This document shows, piece by piece, positions 26,122-39,120 of a stretch of DNA of 64,000 nt. The first letter of the stretch is position 1. Every line of letters begins with the position of its first letter. The stretch covers positions 3,552,001 through 3,616,000 of the forward strand of contig CM000150.2 of the NCBI GenBank assembly GCA_000004695.1. Direction: 5' to 3'. The DNA is from Dictyostelium discoideum (Eukaryota). The notes below the pieces were generated by a model. The model saw only the letters and a program-made list of their open reading frames with translations, did not search any database and was not told the DNA's origin. Made by a program: the position numbers and the translations under genes.

Positions 26122-27341
26122 GGGTTTGGAGATGAGTTGGATCTTTTTCTTTTTACTGTCTCTGGGGTTGCTGGAGATTCTGGATTTTGGATAGGTGACA
26201 TTGTTTGTCTTTTTTTGATTGAGGCTAACCTTGGGGTTTCCTTCTTTTTTTGGTTATTTATTTTTTCTTCAAAAATTCTGTTCTCTTCTTCATTTTCGAA
26301 CATCTTTCTTACCACTTCTAATGCTTCTTCATCTTCAGTTAACTCCATTTTCCTTTTCTCTTTGCTGTCAACACTATATGTTACTGTTATTGGTGGGACA
26401 CGAAGTACTTTTCTCTTTTCAATATTGTTTATTGTGTTTGTCGTTTCTGTCGTTGTGGTTGTTGTAGTTGCTCTAATTGTTGTGGGTTTTTTATTTTCAA
26501 TTTCGTTTTCCTTTACTTTTTCGTTTTTGCTCTTGTCTTTGATGTTGTCATTATTGATTTCTTTATTATTTTCTTTTCTGTTTTCTATTTTGTTTTTGTT
26601 GTTATTTTTTGATTCGCTAGTGTTTTTATGATTGGATTCTTCTTTTGATTTTATGTTTATTCTTGTGTTTTCCTTTATCTCGGGATTTGGTAGTTCCGTG
26701 ATTTTTGAATTTTCTGAGATTTCGTCTTCGATTTCCTTATTTGTTTTTCTTTGATTTTTTGTTTCTTCTGTTGTAGTGAGGAATAGTATTGTTATGTGTT
26801 TACAATGTATTAGCTGGTCTTTGTGCTCTGGACTGATAATTGAGTTGAATGAGTGTATTATCAGGTTTTCACCTAAATTATCTAATTTGATTATTTCCAG
26901 TCCTTCTTCATGCAATGTTTTTTCTACTATGTCCATTGATTTTTCCCAGTTGAATGTTTTGAAGATCTTTTTTGGTTTTATTATTGCTCTGTGAACTCCT
27001 TTTAGTACTCCGTTGAAAACGTTAGAGTACTTGATTACTTGAGTTCTGCAGTCAGTGAGGATTTTGAATTTATTCTTACTTATTATTATCTTATCATCTC
27101 CTTGTAAATGAATTTCCAATTCTGCTTTTAAGTTGTTGGAAATCTCATCTGGGATATTGATCATGAATTTATATTGTTTTAGTTCAATTTGAGTGTGGTA
27201 TATTGCTTCGCTTATTTTATCAAGTGTTCTGTACGTATTTTTTAAATATTTGAACTTTGTTCTGAGTTCATTTGATTTCTTGATTTTATCTGCCAATGTT
27301 TCTGTTGATTCTGTCATTATTGTATTTGCCAATTTATTCAT
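26122..27341 (-). CDS. TRE5 ORF1 N-terminal part (about 408 aa), truncated by Skipper insertion at 26116/26117
   Basis: Listed ORF 26112..27341. Charged, K/E/N-rich ORF1-like protein. The frame runs out into the LTR. Confidence 0.75.
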
Positions 27342-27419
27342 TTCTTTTTTTTTCTTTAAAATCTTTATTCGACTTTAAAAATTTAAAATTCTGGAAATTC
27401 CCTGAAAGAATGTTTTCGG

Positions 27420-27469
<50 letters not shown>

Positions 27470-27472
<3 letters not shown>

Positions 27473-27720
27473 TCTTTTTTTTATATGAAAAATGAAATAA
27501 TCAAATAAAAAAAGTGTTGTTGTTGATGTTTTTTCTCTTACTGATTATTTTTTCCTTTTTTTTTCAATTTTGCTTCGCAAAATTTTCAAAAAAAAGAAAA
27601 AAATAAATTACAATAAAATAAAGAAATAAAGTAGTTTACTCTAAGTGTATTTTATTTTATTTTTTTTAAGTCTTTTTTTTATATGAAAAATGAAATAATC
27701 AAATAAAAAAAGTGTTGTTG
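27470..27720. repeat. TRE5 5'-terminal direct repeats (A-module-like), 55 bp block repeated with about 197 bp period
   Basis: AAGTCTTTTTTTTATATGAAAAATGAAATAATCAAATAAAAAAAGTGTTGTTGTT at 27470-27524 and 27667-27720. A T43 run (27428-27470) lies adjacent. Confidence 0.7.
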
Positions 27721-27768
27721 TTCTCACAAAAACCGGATAAAGCAAATTTAAGTTGTATCTCATCAAAA

Positions 27769-27841
27769 GTGCCTGGATGGCTCAGTAGGCAGAGCGAGCG
27801 GCTGTTAACCGCTAGGTCCATGGTTCGATCCCATGTCTAGG
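27769..27841 (+). tRNA. tRNA-Asn (anticodon GUU)
   Basis: Cloverleaf: acceptor GCCTGGA/TCTAGGC, D-arm GCTCAGTAGGCAGAGC (A box TGGCTCAGTAGG), anticodon loop CTGTTAA, T-arm with B box GGTTCGATCCC, discriminator G. Confidence 0.9.
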
Positions 27842-27845
27842 CGAT

Positions 27846-27850
27846 TCTTT
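27846..27850 (+). terminator. Pol III terminator T-run downstream of tRNA-Asn
   Basis: TTTTT 5 nt after the tRNA 3' end. Confidence 0.6.
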
Positions 27851-28947
27851 TTAAAGAAACTTAAATAGATCAAGGGATCGATGTCGATTTCAGAAAATAA
27901 TTTGGTTAAAAAAAAAAAAGTTTTTATTTTGAAGATGGTATAAATTTTTTTCTTTGCTAAAAAATCTTTTAAAAATTATCATGTTAATTTTCAAATATGT
28001 TTTATTCCAAAAAAATTCACATTATATTATAAAAATAATTTCATTAATGAATTTTCTATAAATTAACTTTATAGTACAAATGAATAACCAGTAAAAATTA
28101 TTTTAATAAAAAGAATGTTAAATAATGGTGGTAATTTTTTATAATTTTTTTATAAAAGAAAAAAATTAAGTTTTAAACTAAAGTCAATTTTTATTAATTT
28201 ATAATTTTTTTTTATAGCATCAACTTCATTTCTATATTTTTAATGTAAATATAAAAACCAATGGAAATTTCTTTTCTAAAAATCAAAAAAAAAAAAAAAA
28301 CAATTCCCATTCTCTCTACAACATATTCAGAATTATCTTAGTATGAAGAGATTATTCAAACACATACACACCACACCACACATTGTTAAAGATTAATCAC
28401 ATAAGGTTATTATTTTGGTACAATATAGAATTTTTTTTTAATATATATATATTGTATGTGTGTTTGATTTTTATTTATAAATAATAAAAAACACAGTCTG
28501 AATATATTATTCTTTGTTTTTGAGAGTGTGTTTGATTTTTAAAAAATTATTTTTCTATTTTTAATTTTTGTTCGTTTGAAGGAATGTGTGGGTTACCTTT
28601 TTGAATGTGGTTATATCTCATATATTTTCTTGTGAGAAAAGACAACCATTTTTTAAACATTCCACCCAACAAAAACAATACAAGTAAAAAAAACAATATA
28701 TTAAATTATTTTTTTTATTTTTGTTTTTATTTTTTATTTTTTAATTTTATTATTTTATTTTTTTTATTTTTTTTTTTTACAATGTAAATATTAATTTATT
28801 TATTTATTTGATTTTTATTCATTTATTAAAAAAATTGTGTAAAATAAAAATAAAGAGTTATAATTCATTTTTATATCTTGTAAAAATTTAATACTGTATT
28901 TTAATAACAATAATAAAAAAAAAAAAAAAAAAAAAAAAATAAATAAA

Positions 28948-29715
28948 ATGTATCAACCAAGAATTAATAATAACTATATATTATATCCAACATCACCACC
29001 ATTATTAAGTGAATGTTTTAGTGTTAGTTATCCACCTCCACCATTTTTAAATTGTAATAATAATAGTAATAATAGTTCACCGATAAATTCACCAAAAAGT
29101 TTCAATAATAATAATCATAGTAGTAATAATTTTAATATTACAAATGTAAACAATTTTTATTTTAATAATAATTTAAATAATAGTGGTAGTGGTAGTACTA
29201 GTAGTGGTGGTAATAGTGGTACACCACCATCACCAATTCAAATACCAATAATTTGTACAACAACTATAATAGTTAACCAATCATCTCCACAACCATTACC
29301 AATTCAATATCCACAAATTCAATTAGAAAAATTTAATTTATCACCAAATTCCAATTTATCAAATCAATTAAGCGATCATTTTAATAACAATAATAATAAC
29401 CATCAAAAAAAGAAACATAGATTATCTTGGAAAGAAATTAAAAAAGATTTTAATATTAAACATGAAATGGAAAAAGAAAAAAAGAAATGGAAAAAATTTG
29501 AAGAGAAAATTAAAGAAGAATTAACAAAAGATAAAATTAAAATGAAAAAAAATGAAATTAAAATGAAAAAAGAGTTGGAAATTGAAAATTGGAAAAAAAT
29601 AGAAATTAAATTTAAATCATTCTACTCTGAAGCTGAATGGAAATCATTTGAAACTAAATATCGAGATCAATTAAATCCTGAATTACTGGATACAATTTTA
29701 GATTTAATATTTTAA
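28948..29715 (+). CDS. Hypothetical protein: N/S-rich N-terminal half, K/E-rich predicted coiled-coil C-terminal half
   Basis: 255 aa ORF with Dictyostelium codon usage. No recognisable domain. Confidence 0.45.
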   Translation: MYQPRINNNYILYPTSPPLLSECFSVSYPPPPFLNCNNNSNNSSPINSPKSFNNNNHSSNNFNITNVNNFYFNNNLNNSGSGSTSSGGNSGTPPSPIQIPIICTTTIIVNQSSPQPLPIQYPQIQLEKFNLSPNSNLSNQLSDHFNNNNNNHQKKKHRLSWKEIKKDFNIKHEMEKEKKKWKKFEEKIKEELTKDKIKMKKNEIKMKKELEIENWKKIEIKFKSFYSEAEWKSFETKYRDQLNPELLDTILDLIF

Positions 29716-29898
29716 AATAAAATATATTTTTTTTTTTTTTTTGTTTTTGTTTTTTTTTTTTTTTATAAATAATTAATATTATTTAATTCTTTTATTTAAT
29801 TTATTTATTTTTTTTATTTTTTATTTTTTATTTTTTTTATTTTTTTTATTATTTATTATTATTTATTATTATTATTATTTTTTTTTTTTTATAATATA

Positions 29899-32021
29899 TT
29901 ATTTTGATTGTAATAATTCTTGAATTCTTAAAGTTCTTTCATAAGAAGTTTTTAAGAAAGGATTTAAACCAGAGATGAAAGCATTACCAGATTGAAATTT
30001 ATCTAAAATTCTTAAGAGTTGACAAGTTGCATAACGTACTTCATCAGATTTATGGAAAAGACCAACAGCGACAGGGAATAAGCCACCATGTGATTTTGGA
30101 AGGTAAGAGAGGAACTCGGTTACTTGTTCTTCAGTTTTAATTGAATTTAAAAAGGAATGATAAATTTTTAAGACTTCTTTCTCTGGAATATGTTTTTTCT
30201 TACGAAGTTTACGAATTGAGGAGAGAATGGTATGATCTCTAATGGCACTAGTTCGTTTTGTATTTTCTTTATCAAAGAGATAGGTTGAGAATGTCTTTGT
30301 TTTCGTCCAAGCTTCAATACGTTGATGATTTGCATCGATTGCCAATTGACGTTGTTGATCATCCAAGAACTCTTCTTCATCCAATGCCATATCTACAATG
30401 TGTTGAGTATATTCTTGAAAGAGGGATTTAATTTTATCCTCACCATAGTGAGCAGAGATATTATAGTTTACCTCTGCCATGAAATCATTATCGTATTGTT
30501 GGAATTTATCAGGAATTTCAGTGACCAATGATGGATTCAATATAACCTTACCAGTACCAATATTACAAAGGATATCCCACCATTCTGAACGCTCTTCAAA
30601 CACTGGATTCGAAACACCCAATATAACACCAGTACTTGGTGGTAATTTATCGATTAAAATTTGATGATGTAAATTAATATTTGGGAAACATCTCTCCCTT
30701 GTTCCTTTCAATGGTGGACATACCATTGAACATGCTGCTAATACATAATTACAAATTTCATCAGCTCCACATCCATATCCTAAAAATATAATTCTCTTTT
30801 GTGATAATACACCATTAAATATTTTCATTACATCATTACCAAATTTTTGAACTAATCCAATAACTTTATACTAAAAATAAAAAAAATATAAATATTAATA
30901 ATTTTACTTTTTTTTTTTTTTATGAAAATTCTAAAGTACTTACATCACCAACTTCATCAGGGAAATATGTGATTGGTATATATAATGGCATTTTATTACC
31001 TAAATAAGTTATAGTGGTTGCATGAATATGTTTATTACGATCTGGTGATGAACGTAAAATATGTTTTTGAATATCGTTTAATTGTGGTACAGTTGTCATA
31101 TCTAAACTATTTAAAGAATTATATAATTCAACAATAACATCCAATGAAGGATTACTAAAATATTTTTGCATTGCTAATACAATAAATGGCTAAAAAAAAA
31201 AAAAAATATAAAAAAAAAAAAAAATCATTAATTATCTATATTATTATTATTACATCGATTTCTAGTAATGTAATGCTGATTCACTACTAATACTAATCCT
31301 AATATTAATTCTAATAATAATGCCAATCCTAATGCTAATGCTAATCCTAAAACTTAAACTAAAATTAAATAATGATTATCGTACTTTAAATATACTTATG
31401 AAAGGATGAGTCGTACAAATAGCCATCGATTTAACTACGGCACCTCTTTTAACTGTATCATCTTTTTGATTATTCATAAAGCTAAGACAATATAAGAAAT
31501 CTTTACATTTTTGATCCTCTGGTGTTTCTGAGATTGATGGATCTTTTGAATCTTTTGAATCTTTAGTTGTGTTATTTTCACCCTCTGTAGTTGTTGTATT
31601 GGTTGGTTGTATATTTTCAGTAGTTGTTGCTGTTGTTGTTGTTGTTGTAGTAGTAGTAGTATTGGTGTTGGTGTTGGTGTTGGTGTTGGTGTTGGTGTTG
31701 GTTGATGTATTAGTGGTTGGATCGATAGTTGTATTTTCTTCAGTAGTTGTTGATGGGTTTGTAGTAGTTGGTGAAGTTTCAGGTGATTCAGATTTATTAC
31801 TACCATTTTGTTGTTCTGCTTGAACCTCTGATATCATTCTAGTAAGATGTTCTAAAAATATCTTTTCTTCTGATAACTCTAAAAATCTAATACCTAAAGC
31901 TGTACTTGAATCTGTTAAAACACAATCAAATAATGGTTCAAGTTGTGTAAATTCTAAATCTGCATGTTTTTCACTAATTATAAATAAATAAACAAATAAA
32001 AAGGTATTAGAAATTTAATTA

Positions 32022-32102
<81 letters not shown>

Positions 32103-32968
32103 TACATTTTAGTTGAAAAAACACCACTTGTAGGAGAACCAATTAAAATATGAGATTGATAAAATTCTACTTTTAATTTTTCAGAATCTAACATTACCCA
32201 ACCTTTTTCTTCATCAGTTTCAGAGAAACTATAGATGAAAGCTTCGACAGGTGAGGAAATTTGTTTTTCCGATGATTTACTATCGATTTGTGGTGATTTA
32301 TTATTTTGATTATTTGGTGAAGAAGGTGATGAAGAAGATGAGGAATTATTATTATTATTATTGTTATTATTATTATTGTTATTATTATTATTATTATTGT
32401 TGTTGTTTTTAGATTTCTCTGGTGATTTTGAAGCGGTTAATGCACCACCCTCAGGTACGGGTCTATTTAAAAAGAAGACTGTCCAATCGTCATTTCTCTT
32501 ATGGGCACCATCTGGTAACATATACTCTGATAACATTAACTCCATCTCTCCAGTTGCAATTGGATAAGGATATTGATATTTAACTTTACTACCTTGTAGA
32601 ATATCAAACTCTGCTAATAATATAAACTCTACCAATTTCTTTGATTTACTACCACCATTTAATAATGATGATTGAGTTCCATTATTATTTGCTGCTGCTG
32701 CTGTTGCCACTGCTGCCGCTGCTGCTGCTGTTGCTGCATTAACTGTGTTAATTACTGATGTTGATAATGTACCTTGAATTGGTGTGCCATTATTTGTTGT
32801 GGTTGTAGTTGTTGATGTTGATGTTGCTGTAGTTGTGGCTGTTGAATTAATAGTTGATGATCCTCCTGAGGTTGTTGTATTAGAAGCCACTATATTTGGT
32901 TGTGATAAATTGGGTGACAATGGTGATTGTGATGTTGATGATGGTGATGATCTACCATTACTTGTCAT
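29899..32968 (-). CDS. AVL9 (late secretory pathway, uDENN-type) homolog; exons (complement) 32106..32968, 31385..31973, 30944..31189, 29899..30870
   Basis: N-terminal LVEFILLAEFDILQGSKVKYQYP...LPDGAHKRNDDWTVFFLNRP matches the AVL9 uDENN region (...LPDGAH...TVFFHLPP). Later blocks (VIVELYNSLNSL; KRIIFLGYGCGADEICNYVLAACSMV; NPVFEERSEWWDILCNIGTGKV) align with AVL9 in order. Splice sites placed by frame continuity (GTAATT, GTACGA, GTAAGT donors); internal boundaries are approximate. Confidence 0.65.
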
Positions 32969-33137
32969 TTTTTTTTTTTTCTTTTTCTTTTTTTTATTAT
33001 TTGTTATTTATTTTTTTATTTATTCCGCTTTTTAAATAAAAAAAAAAAAAATAAAAAAATTCTTTTTTAACCCTTTTTTTTTTTTTTTTTTTTTATATAT
33101 TTATAATACAAATTTAAATTACAAGATCAACAAATGT

Positions 33138-33176
<39 letters not shown>

Positions 33177-34114
33177 AATAATATAATACAAATAAATAAA
33201 ACAGATAAACAATATAAAAAACGAATAGCAAATGGTTATTTGTATTTGTTTTTATTATTATTATTATTATTATGATCAGCACAATTGTTGTTATTCTTTT
33301 TTGATTTTTTTTTTTTTAAAAAAAAAAAAAAATTTTGCTTTTTTTTTATTTTTTTTTTTTTTATTTTTTTTTTTTTTTTTTTTATTTTAAAAACAAAAAA
33401 AAAATTGCTATATTTTTTTTTTTTAAAAAAAAAAAAAAGATATTTTAGTCCCTATTTAAATTTTCTATTCATAAATAAAAAAAAAAAATTATTTGATTAA
33501 AAGTTTTATTATTTTTTTAAGGTGTTCGGAATCGGTTTACGTGAAAAGTAATTTTCATAAACAAATTCCAACTTTTTATTTTTTTTATTTTTTTTTTTAG
33601 TTTTTTTATTTTTTTTATTTTTTTTATTTCCCAAAACACTTTATTTCCACCTTTCATTTTATTTTTCATTTTTTTTTTTTTTTTCTTTTACAATGATTTA
33701 ATTTTATTTATTTTTAATGTAGATTTGGTGTAGATAAATATAGCACTCAAAAATACAAATGATATGAAATATAAAAAAAATGAATGTAACTATTCTGTTT
33801 TATTTTTTTTTTTAATCAAAAATTTTATTTTTAGAATTTAATTATTTATCATCCATTTTTTGTAATTGTTTTTTATTTTGAAGAACAACGAGTGGGGAAT
33901 AAATTTTATATAAAAAATAGATTTATATAAAAAAAAAAAAAAAAAAAGTTTGGTTGAATTTGTTTATTTTTCTAAGTTTTATTTATTTAATAAAATAAAA
34001 TATAAAAAAAAATAAAAAAATTAAATAATTTAAACCATCAACGAGCCATTCACGATTCGTTCATAGAAATGATAATAATAATAAAATGCGATAACAAGGG
34101 TGTTAATTAAAAAT

Positions 34115-34153
<39 letters not shown>

Positions 34154-34234
34154 TATTATTATTTTTTTTTTTTATTATTATTTTTTTTTATTATTATTAT
34201 TTTTTTTTTTTTTTTTTTTGTTATTTTAATTTTA

Positions 34235-34323
34235 TTATTTTTTTTTATCTTTGATGCACCATTGGCTATTATCTATATCTTTTAACTAATTTTTTTTTAT
34301 TTTTGGAATTAGTTTAAATTAAG

Positions 34324-34355
<32 letters not shown>

Positions 34356-36840
34356 AATAAATTAACATATAATAAGTGCTTACATTTTTTGTATATTCAC
34401 CCAAAGCACCTATAAGAACGTCATTGGAGTCTATTTTTCCTAGAACATTTTGTTTATTTTCGGTTAAGATAATACAATAGATGAGAAGATCTTGACAACC
34501 TGGAAGATATTTAATGATTTTTGAATCTGGATCGTTTGGATAAGCTTTACATATTTCTTTATTTTTTTCATTGTCTGAGAATTCAAATGGTTCTAATTTC
34601 ATTTGGACTTCTTTCAATTGAATGATGTTTTTATTTGTGCTTAATAACAATTTTGTATAGATTTGTTGAACTAATTTGACAGTTTTTAAATCGACATATA
34701 TCCTATCTGGGAAAGGTGAGACTATTGATGGTACGATAACTTCATTGACTATTTCAATAATTGGATGATCAAATTTATCTAATTCAACATCTGTAAATGT
34801 TGATTCAACATAGATATCTTTAAACAATTGGTAAGATTTGGATTTTTCAAAGCTACAAGTGACATCATTATCATCACATAAAATAATTTCCCCTTTGACT
34901 GATGGAAACACATTGAAATCAAAAAACTCTGATTTGTATTTATTTGTTGTAGTTTGTCCTATAAGTTTAGTTAATAATGGAATATAAACATTTTCATATC
35001 CAAAGTTATATTCATTTGCAAATAATTTATCTTCATTGTAAACGATATTAAATGGATTCAAATGATAGTAGTTTTTATCATCTCCATAACCTTTTACCTT
35101 GGTTTCAAAGTCTAGCTTTCTCTTACCTAAAATTGCTCTGAGATCACTTGGATATTTAGTTATTAATACATTTAAATTCAACTTTTGACCTGCAATGCTA
35201 TTTAATCTTAATGATTCTTTTTTAAGATATTGGTTATCCTCTGGGTGTCTAATAATACTAACTCTCCTGTAAAAGTATTCAGAAAGATATTTCATTTTAT
35301 CACTACAAAAAGCACCACCTCCACGTGCCTCTTGCTTTCCTTGCCAATTTAAATCACCAAAGCATATCATTCCACCACCACCACCGCTACCTACTTTATC
35401 TACATCATTGAATTGATAGGACATTTTTGAATGGTCACTTCCTGAATCAGCCCTAATAACTTTTGACCAAGGTGTTTCGAATCTGTAAGAAATATTAATT
35501 GATTCAACTGCTTGAGTAATTGAATTTCTACCTCTTCCTTTCTTTGTTTGAGTATGGACCATTGTTTTAAAATTATTACCATTTGGTAAATCATTTTTAG
35601 AACTATCGATAAAATGCCAAACTATAAAAAATTTGATTCCATCCTTGTGGGCTTCTTTATTTTTTTCACTATACTCTTTATAAAGGTTTATATTTGTTGT
35701 TTGAATGAAGTATCTTCCTTTATCACTCTCATTAATTTTATAATAGTGAACATTTGTTTCTTTAGGTTTTAGATTTGTATCTGATGATGTAATATCTTTG
35801 TTTAGAATTAAATCTGCCTATTTTAAGAATGTTAGTTTGTAATTAATAAACACAAATTTATAATTAAAATTACTTACCAATTGTGACCATTTATTTAAAT
35901 AAATAACTCCATTCCATATATCAGGATCACCATCATTCTTTTTATTATCAAAAATATATTCACTCATTAGACCATCCAATTCTTTAAAAGTTTTGGGAAT
36001 TTTTGTTGCCAAAATTTTACTATCAATTACATCCAAATCAATGACTCCTGTTTTTTTCTTGTCAACCTCTTCTTTGAGGACTTGAGAATACAAAAACATG
36101 GCTGATGATACCCTTTTTGCTCCAGAACCTGGAGAAACTGTATTAATGGTTTGAATATTTAAATTACCATAAATAATATACTTTGGAATAATATGAAGTT
36201 CTTCTTTTGACAAAGTTATACAAATTGAATGCTGCGCGTGTTGACTCTTTAAAGTATTTTCCTTGAAATTAAAAAGAGGTTTATATCCTGTTTCTGGAGA
36301 ATTTGGAACACTGTGAATTACATGAATTCCCCCTTCTTCATTCCAAATGAAAAATCCTTTTGCATGTGCCTTTTTTAACACATGAAATAAATGAAAAAAA
36401 AAGAATTAACAACAACAAATTATAATAAAAAAAAAAAATAAAAATAAAAATTAAAAATTAACACATACACTATTACCACTATTACTGGGTTGATCATTAT
36501 AGGTCAAACTATTATATATAGTTTTACCAGACTTATTTGGATAACTCTGTATGTATGTTGATGTAATTGGGTTTGGCTCATCTGGATTCCTAATATTATA
36601 ATAAGCTAATTCATTAATCACTGGATTCGCCCCATTTAATTCATTATCAGTATAAATAGCACCTTGACTCTGACTCAATTGTTCTAAAACCCACCATTCA
36701 ACATTCTTTTCTCCATCTTTATCTATAAACACCTGACTTTTTGTATAAACATTTTTTGTTGTTATACATTTTGGAGGAACACAATAAATTTGTGATATTA
36801 ATAAAAATAAATATAGAACTATTATATATTTATTTTTCAT
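34235..36840 (-). CDS. Secreted DNase II-like nuclease with long C-terminal extension, paralog 1; exons (complement) 36469..36840, 35878..36368, 34384..35817, 34235..34285
   Basis: Signal peptide MKNKYIIVLYLFLLISQIYC. Both DNase II HxK motifs (KAHAKGFFIWNEEGGIHVIHSVPNSP, and SGSDHSKMSY...GGGAFC close to human DHSKW...GGGTLC). Donors GTATGT, GTAAGT, GTAAGC. A 17-codon terminal micro-exon ends ...QWCIKDKKK*. Confidence 0.75.
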
Positions 36841-37094
36841 TTCTTAGATATATTGTTTTTTTTTTTATTCTAGCATAAAAAAAAAAAAAAAAAAAAAATG
36901 AGACCGTTTTGTTTCAGAAAAAAAAAAAAAAAAATTGATTTTTTTGTGTGAAAAAAAAAAATGAATCTATTTTTGCACTAAAATCTAAATTTGGATTTTT
37001 TTAAAAAAAAAACGAACGAATTTTTTTTTTATTGTTTTCGAGCATCTCTGCAAATCTTTTTTAATTTTTTTTTTACGAAACAGTTCTAAAATGT

Positions 37095-37126
<32 letters not shown>

Positions 37127-37155
37127 CTCAAAAAAAAATTATTAAATCACAGAAT

Positions 37156-39075
37156 ATGTTTTTTTTAAATCATATTTAAATTAATAATATCATTTTTATT
37201 TTTTATTTTATATTGCAATTGTTTCACATTTGGTAGTTACACATTTGATACAAAAAATTGGTCAACAAATTGTGCACTATCATCATGTGTTTTTTATGAA
37301 TTTAATAATAATAATTATTATGATTTAAGTTCTATTGTCCACAATGATCATCAAGGTCCTTACAAAGCAAGTTTTCCTGCCGAACTTCCTGGTGGAATTC
37401 AAACACCTTATACAATGTATTTTAATCCTTGTTTTAATGATAATGTGTGTCCAGGTGGTCTTTCAGTAGGTAAATTCACAAAAAATTCTTAATTCCGTTG
37501 GTTCACTTTCAGAGCCACATTCTATAACATTAAATTCAGAAGGTATTTCTATTGAATATCAATCAGCTCTTTTACCATCAACAACATGTACCTCTAATGG
37601 TAACCGTAGAACTTTGGTTTTATTTATTACTTGTATCCCAACCGAAACATTTAAAATTATTGGTACTTATAACAGAAGAGTATTATGTGAACATACAATT
37701 TATATATCTTCAAAATTAGTTTGTAAAGATAGAGGAATATTATTTAATCAAGGTCTATTTTATGATTTAACACCAATGAAATTGTAAGTTGTTAAATTCT
37801 TTTTTATATTTTTTTTTTATTTCAATTTTTTTTTTTTTTTTGTTTTTAATAAAAAAAAAAAACACCAAACACGAAATTTCAAAATAAAAATAAAAATTAA
37901 AATATCTAACCACTTTTTTTTCAATTTTTTATTTTTTTCTTCCCACAGATTAACAAGCACTTCACACCAAATTACCAACAGTGACCAAACACAAGATATT
38001 CTCTTAATTTATTTGGAAATGTAAATAGATGTGGTACTTTCGGTACATCAACATTAAGTTGTCAATCATGTATTTTAACAGTTGCTAATAAAGCGATCGA
38101 TTATAAACTAGATTCAAGATATGCAACATCACCAAAATCAGTTATGGTAGGATCTCTCAGTCAACCAAGAATTACATTTACAAATGATGGAATAACTATA
38201 ATTTATAGCGCAATAGCAGGCTTCACTGAATGCTCATCAAATGGTAACAAATATTCATCAAAGTATATTTTAATTTGTGATCCATTCACAGAATATTATG
38301 TAGATAAATTTACATTAGAATCACAATGTATTTATCAAATTAAGGTTTATACTAAATACGCATGTCCAACATTACGTTTATTCAAACAAACACAATATTA
38401 TGACCTTTCACCATTGATGTTGTAAGTATTCAATTTATTCTTGTATTTCTTCAAACAGTTATTAATTAATAATAAAATAAATAATAGGGATTCAACAAGA
38501 AATTATACAACAAGTCATATTACAGACGGATATGAGTATAATATTGTATTCAATATTGGTAATAAAGCACAAATGTGTAGCGATGCATTTAATGATTATT
38601 ATTTTGCTTGTCAATATGATCCACGTTATAAAAGTTTTATTCCACTTGCAAAGGCAAGTTTAGGTCAAAGAGTAACATTTGATTTAAATCAAGTTAAATT
38701 CGAATATACTTCACCAATGTCAGGTTGTTTAAGAACTTTTATTATTGTTTTAACTTGTGATGAAAACCAACATTATCAATTAGTTTCAACTTTAGAATCT
38801 CCTGCATGTGTATATACAGTAACAATTAAAACTAAATATGTATGTGAATCAACAATTTATTACAATAGATTCGACTATACATATTATGATATTACTCCAA
38901 TAAAAACGTAAGTTTTAAATTAAATTTGAAATTAAATTTAAATATAAATAATAATAATAATAATATTAATAATCTTTATTGTCAACAACTAAAATATTAA
39001 TTTAATTAGAAAAAAAGATAGTCCAAATAAAATAGATATTGATGTTGGTGGATATCCATATAGAGTAAGTAAATT

Positions 39076-39120
<45 letters not shown>

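Larger units (their letters stand above)
15418..27720 (-). mobile_element. TRE5-family (DRE-like) tRNA-targeted non-LTR retrotransposon, interrupted by a nested LTR element
   Basis: ORF1 (26122..27341 plus 18975..19114) and ORF2 (15457..18891) on the - strand. ORF2 stop is followed directly by an oligo(A) tail (plus-strand T-run 15421..15456). 5' end has about 197 bp-spaced direct repeats (A-module-like) ending at about 27720, 49 bp upstream of tRNA-Asn at 27769. Subfamily (A/B/C) not determinable; no obvious C-module between ORF2 stop and A-tail. Confidence 0.8.

Noticed and set aside
25975-26994. + strand ORFs 25975..26631, 26219..26467, 26776..26994
   Set aside because: They run through the 3' LTR and antisense to TRE5 ORF1. 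Low-complexity S/L/F composition.
27193-27508. ORFs 27193..27378(+), 27296..27508(+)
   Set aside because: Antisense to the ORF1 start and a T43 run within the TRE5 5' region.
30168-30664. Short ORFs on both strands within the AVL9 last exon
   Set aside because: Alternate-frame or antisense to the conserved AVL9 coding frame.
31474-31823. Poly-Q/poly-V ORFs (31474..31806-, 31569..31823+)
   Set aside because: Other frames or strand of the (GTT)n/(GGT)n coding repeat of AVL9.
32361-33035. ORFs 32361..32567(+), 32784..33035(+)
   Set aside because: Antisense to the AVL9 first exon (poly-L and poly-V from its poly-N and poly-T-coding repeats).
35400-35594. 64 aa ORF (-) overlapping the DNase paralog 1 exon 3 start (identical counterparts at 44977..45159 and 59452..59634)
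   Set aside because: Alternate frame of the DNase II exon. Conserved only because the underlying exon is conserved.
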